Of a stretch of 53,423 nucleotides of DNA, positions 41,209 through 52,761 are shown piece by piece. The stretch's first letter is position 1. Each line of letters begins with the position of its first letter. The stretch is taken from NCBI GenBank assembly GCA_001642005.1, contig LWCA01000112.1, positions 1 to 53,423 of the forward strand, given 5' to 3'. Below the pieces are notes generated by a model. It saw only the letters and a program-made list of their open reading frames with translations, was not told where the DNA came from and ran no database searches. This stretch comes from Intoshia linei (lineage: Eukaryota > Animalia > Orthonectida). Made by a program: the position numbers and the translations under genes.

Positions 41209-41584
41209 TATTATTTATAACTTTTTATTTAAAAATATTCCTTGATCATGTCCAGACAGTTTGAAAAATTTGTAACAAATCAAACACATGAACTACTAGA
41301 ATGATATTAAATTCACCAATTTTAATAAAATTTTACTTTCTACACATGCTCGTTATATCATGGATGAATCAACGTATACATAATAAATGTATATCAAATT
41401 TCAAAGATTTAACAGCTGCGGATTTATTCTCGAATCGTTATTCATAATTGTAATGGATTGTTGGGAAAGATTATTCAATGATTCATATATAGTTTAAAAT
41501 TTTTGAAATTGACGACATGACATGTACGATTGCGGCATTTGCGTTTAATTTATATTACAAATTAACAAATATATATATATATCT

Positions 41585-44500
41585 TTATTTAACTCGGTAT
41601 AGCATTTTTCTGTTTAATCGAAATTGCATTTCACCTCTTCGTAGCATGAAATGTAATACTTTACAAACTTGATCTTCGGAATATTTCTAAGATTTAAATT
41701 TTACAAATATGCATATCATAATAATAAGAACAATAAACTCGTTATACAAAGGGGAGGGGAAATTATCATGAAAGCGATAAATTAAAAGTAATTATACATA
41801 ATAGTTTTTTATCGGCTGCACGCATTAGTGAAGCGTAATTTAAATCATAATAATTTTAAAAATTAAAAAAATCAGACTTGGCAGATAAAAACATATAAAA
41901 ATATACCTGTCTAACAAAATCTTGAATAATAACATGTTGCGGGACCGTTGAACCAACCAGAAACCTTTTTTTAAGTTGAGATTCAATAGTCCTTAAAACG
42001 CCTTGCTCAGCCAAACTGGTAAATTCTGGAGCACCACTGAGAGAACCTACACTCGCTGCATGTAAGGTAGATTCCTTGAACAATCTCAAAGCCTCTTTTA
42101 TATCGTTTTCGTTTGCAAACGAAGATAATCTCATTTTAGCTATAGCTTCAGATATTCTAACAATAGCTTCCAATTGTCTGGAAAAAAATTATTACAATAT
42201 TTAAAATTTTATCACCGAACCGTAATTGGAATAACTGGTGCTTTGCCAGTTTCATTTTCAATTTCCTGAATATTCAATTAAAAATATTAAATTAAAGGGA
42301 AGAATAAAATCAGGGGAACACAAAATTTTTTCATATAGGTGATAAAGCCGTTCATACCATTAAATTTTTTGCGTATCATTTGAAATGTCTTTTTGTTAAT
42401 TAATAATTTCAATCTGATCCATCACATTGCTTAAAATCTTAATACAGGCTAATTCCTCGTTAACGGAATAATTAGTTCTGAAAATAAATCTCATTCCGCT
42501 ACCGATGAACTTTTTAATAAATAATGTATACATTAAAACAGGGGTTCCCGATTGCTCCAAAACTATATGCCTGGGCCGCGAGATTCAAATAAAATATAGA
42601 ATAATTTTGATCAACTTTATTTTTATTTATTATTTATTTTTATAAGAGAATTTTTAATATTTATTACAGAGTTTCTAGAATCTAGATGTTGATTATTCCA
42701 AAACCTAGACGACCGTTACATAATAATTTCAAAAATCCCACTTTTATCCTACCATTAATAAGATTTAATAAAAAATACCATTTCAATAGCCCTCAGGGAA
42801 AAATTTTTAGGGCCTATTTTTCATTTTCAAGTGGCCTCGAGTTTGATATCTAAATTATGACCCAAAACAAAAAAGGTTTGACAACACCTGCATTATATCC
42901 TCAAAATCTTATTATAATAATAATAAATTTTACTTGAATTCCATTTCGCATTTTGACATACTAAATAAATCGAAATATATAAGTTTTAATTCAAACCTGA
43001 TCACGTAAAACAGCAGCAGCTTTATTGGTCAATCGAGGCGCGCATTGTTGACGGCAATACGCAATATATCTTCTCAGTTTATCCATACTAATTTCAGCTT
43101 TAACTTCTTCAGAAATTTCAGTATTCATCATGTGCACGTCGATAACATGACGCGCCATTTCTTGGTCACGATTCACATTATATTTATCCTTCATGATGAA
43201 TATCATATCGAATCGAGATAAAAGAGTGGGCATCAAATCAATATTCTGATCCATTCTGGAATCATCCCATTTACCTAATGCTGAATTCGCGGCAGCAAGC
43301 ACGGCACATCTGATTAATACAGATTTATATAATAATAATTTAAAACAGATTGTTCCAAGCAAATTAGGATTTGGTCAAAAATTTTACCCGTTGTACATGA
43401 AATTTTTTTAAAAAACCTCCAAAACGCATTTGTAAAGTTATATGTTAGGTTAACATTTTTCTAAAATGCGTTTTTTCTCTACAACTGTAGATCGACTTGA
43501 ATAAACTATATCAGACAAAATTTGTTTTTAAATTATAGAATATTAATTATAATTACTGAATATTCCTGAAAAACTGATTAATAATATCAATATAATAAAT
43601 TTCAAATAAAAAAAAAATAAAAACTGTTTTTGACAGAAAACTACGATACGAATATTGATTTTTTTTACAATTCTAGGAAATGGTTCCGATTGGGGTCCAA
43701 AAAAATATGTCTGGGATCCGTGATAATCAAATAAAATATAAAAAAATTTTTATCAACTTTTCTTTATTTTATTCAGTAGGTTTTTTAATATTATTACCTA
43801 ATTGCCAGATGTTTGAAATTTACCTCAAAGCCTATACGACCGCTACATTATTATTTCAAAAACCCCACTTTTATTCCACCATTAATAAAATTTACAGTGC
43901 CATAAATGTTAATAAAAAATAGCATTTCACACACAGGCAAAAATAGAATTTTACAACCCTTAAGGAAAAATCCCTTTTTCCAATATTTTTTGAACAATTC
44001 TTTAATTTTTTCATAAATGTTATATATTTCATGCTTCCTTTAGGGACAAAAAAATAAATATTTTGAAAAGTGGGGTCCGTATACTATTTGAATCGGGACC
44101 GCTGTTCTATCTATTAAATTTTTCAATTATTCAAAATAATGGGTAATTTGTCATTTTGATGATAAAAATTTATCATATAAATATAATAAAATTCATAAGA
44201 CTGAATTAGCCATAACTGAACGACAGATACCAACATTTCTTAGAATTTGTCTTTTTTTAAATTCTAGAACCCTTAGTATCTTAAATTTTATAATTAATTG
44301 AGATTATAATTGTAAAAAGAAATTTAATTATTTACACTAAAAATGTGATTTAGAAACAAACATAAAAATTCGCGTCCATTAAAAATAATATTTACCAACT
44401 AATTCAGCGGACCATAAAATTCGAATGGGCCGCACTTTGGACCATTTGATTTAAACTAAGAAAAACAACAAAATTTTACCTTGAATTTAATGTGGTGGTT

Positions 44501-46376
44501 ATTCCTGCTTTAGCTATTGAAATAGTTTGTTGTTCCATTGCTTCATGAATGGCTACCCGATCATCTTCCCTCATTTTGTCAAATTCATCAATACACACGA
44601 CCCCACCATCCGCTAAAACCATTGCTCCACCTTCCATTACATACCCTTTTGTAACTGGGTCCTTAATAACAGAAGCTGTTAACCCAGCAGCACTACTACC
44701 CTTACCTGAAGTGTAAACACCGATAGGTGAGCATCTTTCAACAAATTTAAGTAATTGACTCTTAGCTGTTCCGGGATCACCAAGCATAAGTAAATTTATG
44801 TCACCACGTCGCGTCAAACCATCATATAAACGTTTTCTAGAACCAGAAAATAAGACACATGCTATAGCTTTTTTTACATTATCAGAACCCCAAATAGATG
44901 GAGCAATACTTTTAGCAATAATATCATAAATATTGGGAGTAGCAGCCATTTTTTTAAATTCTTCTTCGTCGGCAGCAGTATACGAGAAAATAGAATTGAG
45001 ACATTTATCATTCCCTCCTCCATCAATATTATCTGTAAAATCCACACCTAGCATTCTAACGTAAGGTTTTCGAGTGCTCGCATTCTCTGGTTCACTACCC
45101 TTACTTTTTAAGAAATTTTGCTTTTTTATACAATAAATACCCACAATGTTGACTCTATTTCCTGGAACCACAAGTTCACACAATGATCTGTCACAATATA
45201 CTTGAATAGCCCTAGGTATTTCGCCACACGGTATAGAATCTGTAGTTTCTTGTAATCTGATCGTTTGCTGGTTATAGCTTTTGCATTTATTAGGTAAAAT
45301 AAAATAAGGATCCACTGGACACGTGGCTGCATCACCTTTTCGGGTTGGTCCACTAAATAAAATTAAAAAATCAAAATTAAAAAAAAAATACGCATTAGTG
45401 CACTTTTTAGGTAACATGTATCCGTCATATCCCCTATCCACTTGTATGTTGCTTATCACTTGTTGGCAACCTCTGCATTGAATTGACATACTAGACGCTT
45501 TGGAACGAATATTTGATACAGATGTAACAATTCCAGTGATATTATTAATTTTAGACATTAAATCTGATTTCAGATCCCGTAAACCGATACAAGATTCATT
45601 GGATCCAAGCATTATTTGAAAATCTCCAATTTCTACGCCATTTTCTCTCGGTCTCGTCACATCGTCAACAGTACATTTTATTGCTTCCTCAAACTAAATG
45701 TTAATAATAAAATTTCAATATATTATAAATAACCAATTCAATCGTATCAGATGGAGAATTTTTAAGATGTTCAGACAATTCATTATCAAATAATGACAAT
45801 TGTTCCATATTCACTTTTACCCATTTTTTTCCAAGGTTAAAATTTCTCTTCAACTCGTCTCTGGAAATTTACTATCAAGTTTTAAAAACTTTAGAAATAG
45901 CCTCAATACTCATTTTTTTAAACTACCCAAATTTTCTTTACTACTAGTTATTTCTTAGGGACCTGTCATACATGAATTTGACATCAATAAAGTACAAGAC
46001 TCCAAGGACTGAGAAGTGGCGATTTATAAAACATTCTGTTTCCACGTCGGGTAAGAACCGGATCAAGTTCGACTGGGGAGAATTCTAATCTAAAATAATG
46101 TCCATTGGAGCTAAGCAACTTTGATTCACTACTAAACCATTTTTTAAACCCAATATTGAAATTTTTTCTATGGAAATGAAAACCATTCATTAAAAAATTT
46201 TAATATAAAATACCGTACCTGTAAATAAATAATCCATTAACATCCCGATATTCTTTCAAAAACTTTTTAAACCGACTGAGGAGGTTTGTACGAGAATAAG
46301 ATTTTTGATTGGACTTGTTTATTCCAATACCAAAATTTTCACTTGAATAAATAGCTCCAGTATCATAGCCAGACAT
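41585..46376 (-). CDS. MCM5: DNA replication licensing factor MCM5
   Basis: [16 protein letters not shown] start; [13 protein letters not shown]; [26 protein letters not shown] (Walker A); [43 protein letters not shown]; LSRFD; [16 protein letters not shown]; C-terminus [18 protein letters not shown] ending at 41585. Confidence 0.97.
42539..42890. mobile_element. Buster/Charlie-type hAT MITE in an MCM5 intron
   Basis: Ends CAGGGGTTCCC / TTTGACAACACCTG; flanks CATTAAAA/CATTATAT (6/8 TSD). Confidence 0.7.
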
Positions 46377-46408
46377 TTATAAACGATTATTTCTCAAAAA
46401 TAAAAATA

Positions 46409-46418
46409 TCGCGCTAAA
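46409..46418 (-). promoter_or_regulatory. putative E2F site upstream of MCM5
   Basis: TTTAGCGCGA about 35 bp upstream of the ATG. It is the only GC-rich word in an AT-rich spacer, and MCM genes are classical E2F targets. Confidence 0.45.
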
Positions 46419-46488
46419 AAATTAATAAAGTTTTTAAATATCAATATCTAATAACAAGACGACTAAAATTTTTAAATTTTCATAATAA

Positions 46489-46990
46489 TCCCAACTTATA
46501 TAATATGCTACGCGATTTTTGTTGGTGTATGTGTTCAGCTTTATTTAAATAACTACCCGTCTTAGAATTTTATAAAGTCCACATTTCAATTACAGTGTTT
46601 TCCGGGACGTATAATAAGATAAATTTCAACTTCCCAAACTCACATCTTACGGGTCAAAAACCCCAGTTGTCCCTCTTTTTAAAAATCAAACGAGTTATAT
46701 ACATATATATAAGGAGTATATAATATATATGCTGATACAGATTTTATTAGCATAAACATTATCAATTTAAATTTAAAAAATTATATCTTCAGGGCCAAAA
46801 TCACAAATTGCCCTTCTTTTTTTAATGAAAACAGCCTTAGAATTTCAAAAAATTTCAATCTGAATAAGTGACGACTTCACGGTCAAAAAAGCATTTTAGT
46901 TCATATATTTTTTCTATAACAAAAAATTTAAAATAATTAACGGTTCGAAAATTAAAAATAAAGATTATTCTGATAGAATTTATTCTAGAT
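46489..46990 (+). mobile_element. Helitron-like family A copy between MCM5 and RPS27A
   Basis: A|TCCCAACTTATATAATATGCTACGCG 5' end and family A body. Confidence 0.75.
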
Positions 46991-47328
46991 AAACTATAAA
47001 AAGTACAATTCAATTAGAATAAGGTGGAATAATTCAATAAATTAGTTATTAAGTTTAACGAGTTTGAAAACTAATTTAAATTATACAAACCCACAGACGT
47101 GTTTATTAAATTATGTATCGCTACTTTGAAATTTTTTCAGATAGTATTGTATTATATTCTGCATCTTTAATCAATCAAAAGAATTTTTTTGAAACCTCTC
47201 AGCCACAACGCAGAAAAACCTTGACAACTACGATATACAAAATATTAAAAAAAATGAACGAAGCGCCAAATAGTTACAATAACATTTAATTTAGGTATAA
47301 TTTGAAATAAACATTGCTATTCCATAAA

Positions 47329-47850
47329 TTAAATACTAATGCTTTCACTGCATCTTCCGCAGGTTCTTCTATTTTTGTGATTAGCCATGAAAATTCCTGG
47401 ACCACATTCTTTGCATGACTTTCGTAACCTAACCAAAGTATCTATACCATCAATTTTGTTAATTTGATAAGCAATAAGTGGAGCAAGTTTAACTTTTCGT
47501 TTTTTGTGTGGTATTCTTCTAGGTGTATTAAACTTTTTCTTCTTCTTCTTTTTACCTCCACCAATACACGGCACACAGGCATCAATTGTACTTAAATTTC
47601 GAATTCCATATGATTCTACCAATTGTTCATTACATAACAATTTTCCTTCGAAAAATAAAGAATAATCTAAAGTTATTAAATTCAAACCAGATTCAATACA
47701 TACCGCAATTCAAAATATTTCTTAATTCTTGTATTGTTGATATCGATGAAAGCTAATATTCATTGATTAAATTTTTATAATTTTAATTATTTAAATTACA
47801 TCAATAATTTGAATTGATCCATCAACGTCTCTGATTAAAACTTGCATCAT
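47329..47850 (-). CDS. RPS27A: ubiquitin-like domain-40S ribosomal protein S27a (eS31) fusion
   Basis: Exons 47850-47800, 47752-47704 and 47666-47329 (145 aa). S27a part GKKKKKKKFNTPRRIPHKKRKVKLA...RLRKSCKECGPGIFMANHKNRRTCGRC with a C4 zinc finger. The N-terminal UBL ends in ...CIGG. Confidence 0.93.
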
Positions 47851-47997
47851 TTTTTTAAATTTTAAAAACTCTCGTTAATGAGCGATATTTTATTTTCAAA
47901 ATAAATTGTCAATGTAATTTTTAATAAAGTTGTTTATTATTTCATTTTAATAAAGTTGAAAAGTTAATTTATTGAAAATTAACAGCCACTGACAGTG

Positions 47998-50900
47998 ATG
48001 GAAAAAATTGAATTTAAAGGTGAATAGTATTTTATTTATTTTTTAAACATTTCTTATTTGTTGTGTATATTTTAAATATAATTTTATTTTATAAATACAC
48101 TTTGTAGAAGATTTTAAAAGTAGGTGGTTCAATTTGGATAGTGCGCCACTACAATTAAATGTTAATCCAATTCTAACCACATTTGAGGTTTCATTTTTTC
48201 AAAATAAATTCATTTATCATTTTTAGAATGATAGAATTTGTCTCAATTGGAAACATCATAATATAAAAAATGTATGAAGAATATAAACTTTTTTTAGTTT
48301 TAAAATCTAGATAGACTATTTAAAAGAAAAAAATAGCATTGATAAAATTACTGCCAATTATAATGGTAAATTTTTATTTTATTTATTACATGAGTTGGTT
48401 ACTATTATTTCAACTTTTTTTACTATTTTAGATTTAAATAAAACTTTTGAAAATTTATTGTTTACCTACAAAGATGTATGCTTTGTAGGTCGGGATTCTA
48501 TGGATCAAGATAAAATGATGCGCAGTTTAGCTAAACGCGTTATTACTCACATTTTATAGTAATTTTTTAGTTAAAATTTAAGGTGATAATACTTTGATGT
48601 TGATCAATGATCATCTTATTATTTTTTTGGTCCCAATAAATAATAATCATCGCTCTAGTAAGTTTTATCGTTGTATTTTATGAAACTTAAATAAAAAAAT
48701 AATTTAATTTTTCTACACTCACAAAAAATGTTGACTAAAGCTTAGATTAGCTTAGTCTAAGCTAATCTAAGTTTATAATGTGAATATAATTTTTCCATGT
48801 ATCATCGAAAATCCATGTAATTTACATTTAAATTTAAATACTATGTATTTGGTTCCATTTTTATACGTTTTTAGTTCTAAAAAAGAAATTTATCGAAACA
48901 ATGCAAAATTTAAATCTCAAGAATTATCTTTGTAATTTTTTGACATTTTTACCATTAATTGTGAGTATTTATATGTCTAATATTAATAGGTACAGTGGTT
49001 GCTGTAAAAAGTTGCCACCTAAAACGGTAATTTATCGAAATTGTATCAATGTATCAAACATACAAAAATAACATGCTTTAAAACACATTATTTTAATTTT
49101 TTTAGAAATTTTTCTCATAATAATTAAAAAAATAAAATTTTTTTTATTTTGATTCATTTTATTACGTGTATAATAGGTATAAATATATCTAAAATGTTCT
49201 ACTTTGGCAGATCTAGCTATTTTTTCGATGTACATAACATACAAGTAGTTTATGATGCAATAAAATATCTTAATTAAAATAAAATTAATTAATTAAGCAG
49301 TATTTAATAATAATTGATATTTCAGACGAGACCAAGGCTTTACAAAACCAAGATGTTTGATAATTTTACCTTACAGATATCGAATGTATCAATTTTTTTA
49401 TCAACTTACGAAATTTGTTGAATGTATTTCTGAGGTATATTATTACGTGTATCATCACCAGATATGATTAATATTAATACCATGTGACCTTGAATCATGT
49501 AGTATAATTTATTTTCCAACCAAATTATTTGAAACCGTGTTCCACTTTAGAACAATCAAATTACATTTCACCCGTTTCAAATTTTTTCAAATTTAATTCG
49601 TATCATTATAATAATATGTAAAAAAAGTAATTTGTAAGCAATATAATGTACTTAATAACAATAATAATGAATCAAGGGTGATAATTTTTTCTAGTGACCC
49701 ATTGTAGTGACGTGAATACAGAGCCGTCTTAAGCTATTTCATGGCTCTGGGCTAAGAAAAGGGCCGGAGGCCCTTTAAAATTTCCATCGAAGCGATAAAA
49801 AAAGGTCTGCTGTTTAGTAGACAGGGCATACTGTTGGATGGAGTCTTATTTTATTAAGCGTTAATAAAAGCATTAAAAGATATTATGTAGGTTTCTAGTA
49901 ACTTTTATTTCTTTTACAAAAACCTACTTACATTAATTAATGAACTAAGTTTACTTTTTTATTTGAAAATATGCACCATGCAGTCACAAAAAATTTTTGA
50001 CAATTGTTGTTTTCTCACTTTTTTATGAGAGAAATCAGATATGATTCAAAATATCATTCTTAATTGTTTTTAGTTTAGAAAAAGTTTTTTTATATTTGCA
50101 ATTTGCAACCATCATTGAAAGAAACATTCTCATGCAGATTTCAATATTAAGAAATAGTGATTCCAATTTATCACCTTTTATAACTTTTTTCAATCAAAAT
50201 AATGTTTAAATTGTTGATATTCTATTACTAAATCATTTTTTTTCAAATCTTTCCTATAAGCTGCTGTAAGATTATCACATGAAGTATTCAACTCATCATT
50301 CGACATCACATTTAACATTTCACAGAACTTTAATTCTTTAAACCATTTTCTTTCTAACTATTTGAATTCCCACACTTCAAAACTTATAAACTGTTTTTTA
50401 AGATATAAATGTGAAGTATTTTTTAATAAATTGGGGCCGTCTTTTGAAGATATGAATGTAGTTGAATGTAGAATGTAGTAAGACAAGTACTTTTATTAAT
50501 TTGGGGCCTTTTTAATGAGTGACCCTGGGCTACAGCCCATTTTGCTTATGCCTTAAAACTGCTCTGCGTGAATATGTTTATTTATGTATTAATATTTTTA
50601 TGTACACTGTTTAGGATGCATTAATTAGATTTGATGATGAATATGGATCCAAAATTGAAGGTTTTTTAACTTTTTTAATATTATTCCAATTTTTGATACA
50701 TATTTAGATGTAAATGAGTATTGTGAAGGAAATATGAATGAAAATTTTAAAATGGGTATATCGATATTCAACAAAAAATTGCGTCCTTTTTCACCATTTT
50801 ACAAATCAGACATTATCGCCGTTTCTCCATTAGGTCTGCGTTCAATGAATGATAATTCAAAGTATGATTAATTTTATTAATTTTTTCTATTTATTTGTGA

Positions 50901-52616
50901 ATTTTTTAATTTTAGAGAGGACGAACAATTTGATTTTCTATCGTCTATTGAAATGATAATATGTGATGATATTTTATCTCTGTATATGCAAAATTGGATG
51001 CATTTTGAAGTAATCTTTATTTTCTAATTTTATCTATTTAATTACATAATTAATTTATTATTTATACAACTTTTGATTTCTGATGATATAGAGTAAATGT
51101 ATTTTTAGTCCTGTTTAAATTATTGTAATTTAATGCCGAAGAACCTCAATAATTGCGATTTTTCTCGGTACTTTTAATTACTATATATCCGATGGATATT
51201 ATTATTATTATATTACTGGATGGTTCAAGCGAATTAGGTTAAGAGTCAACTTGTGATCTATAATTTAATTTATCAAATCATGTGTAAATTTTTTATTTAT
51301 TTTAGAGTCAAAAACATTTTTTTGGATAATGGGTAATTTTTAATTTATCTAAAGCAGTTTCTCAACATTTTTTTCATTCGGCATTTGGAAGCAATTAAAA
51401 AAATTTTTGCATAAGAATAAGAAAATCAAAATTAAAGTTAAAATTTTATATTTTTTGAGTGTTTGCTGAAAATCTTTAGTATCTGATAAGATTTTGCAAC
51501 GAAAAGCTGCAAATTTAAGAAAAAAATTTGTTTCAGTACAAAAAACAAAAAAATCTGATTTAACAATCATGGGCTTTATTTGATATATTGGAACTAGTTT
51601 ATATTTATAAATTTTTTGTTAGGTGCACTATTAATTATGGTTGAGAAACATTGATCTAATGAATTTTAAATTAATATGATACATATATTTAAGGTCCAAA
51701 TCCATTCGCCAACTCATCATGATATCTAATATCGAATTTGCTGAATTGAATTCGATTTTTCGATCTTGTAGTACTAGTAATGCTTTTTTTAATGTAAATT
51801 ATTAACGTTTCTATTATATAGATATGTTTGGTAATTTCAAAGTTGTTGTTAAATCAAGTAACAATGTTGACGTTCCACTGAATCGAATCAATTTAGATGC
51901 TAATATGGTTAATTACATGTATTTACATTTATTTATTTTTTCTAGATATTTATTAAATTTGGAGTCGAAAATGTCAAATCTCTACCAAATTCTAGATTTG
52001 AATATTTTGTATCTACCGTAATAATTATTATATATGATTTAATTAAATTTTTTAATAATTTAGGTTTTAAAACAATTACAATGCTCTCCTAATGACCAAA
52101 CCTTAATCTTTATTCCAGATTATTTCGATTATGTACGAATTCGTAATTATTTTAAAAAAGAATCAATCAGTTTTGCTCACCTCAGTGAGTAATTTATTTT
52201 ATTTGATTATATTTTTATATTTTAATTTTAGATATACTAATAAAAAGAGGGTTCTATTAACGCGACAAATGTTTAGAAAAAAAAGAAAACGTTTATTGTT
52301 AGTTACTGAACGATTAATGTTTTATAAAAGGTTTCGACTCTTGTAATTTACAATTTAATACATTTTTCATAGATTGCAACTAAAAGGTATCATGAATGTC
52401 TTTTTTTATCAACTTCCACTTATTCCTCATATATTTACACAAATTTGCAATATTATGAAATGGAAAATGGAAAAAGATTTAACTTCTACAGTATGTAAAA
52501 TTTCAACCTTATGGTGTAAATATGATCAAATACGTTTGAAAAATGTTTGTGGACCTCAACTATCAAATTTACTAATTCAATCAGACAAAGAAATACATTG
52601 CATGACTAATAATTAG
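47998..52616 (+). CDS. UTP25: U3 snoRNA-associated protein 25 (digestive organ expansion factor), many small exons
   Basis: RDQGFTKPRCLIILPYR (49327); EGNMNENFKMG...FYKSDIIAVSPLGLR; DFLSSIEMII..MQNW; TLIFIPDYFDYVRIRNYFKKE; LLVTERLMFYKR; LKGIMNVFFYQLP. Stop at 52616. The ATG at 47998 is inferred. Confidence 0.9.
49719..50566 (-). mobile_element. hAT MITE, CAGAGCCGT family (longest copy)
   Basis: TIR CAGAGCCGTCTTAAG / CTTAAAACTGCTCTG and a perfect TSD CGTGAATA. Confidence 0.92.
51355..51653. mobile_element. Buster/Charlie-type hAT MITE in a UTP25 intron
   Basis: Ends CAGTTTCTCAAC / GTTGAGAAACATTG; TSD ATCTAAAG/ATCTAATG. The internal sequence is shared (inverted) with the element starting at 18299. 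Confidence 0.8.
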
Positions 52617-52761
52617 TTTATCACAAAAATGTAATATAATGTAATTAAATTTTGATGTAACCATTCTACTTTTTTTCAAATACGGTCGGATGTCTATTGA
52701 TAACATTTCATTGATGAACATGACGAAGAAAATCATTTCAGCATGTAAATACGATTATAAT

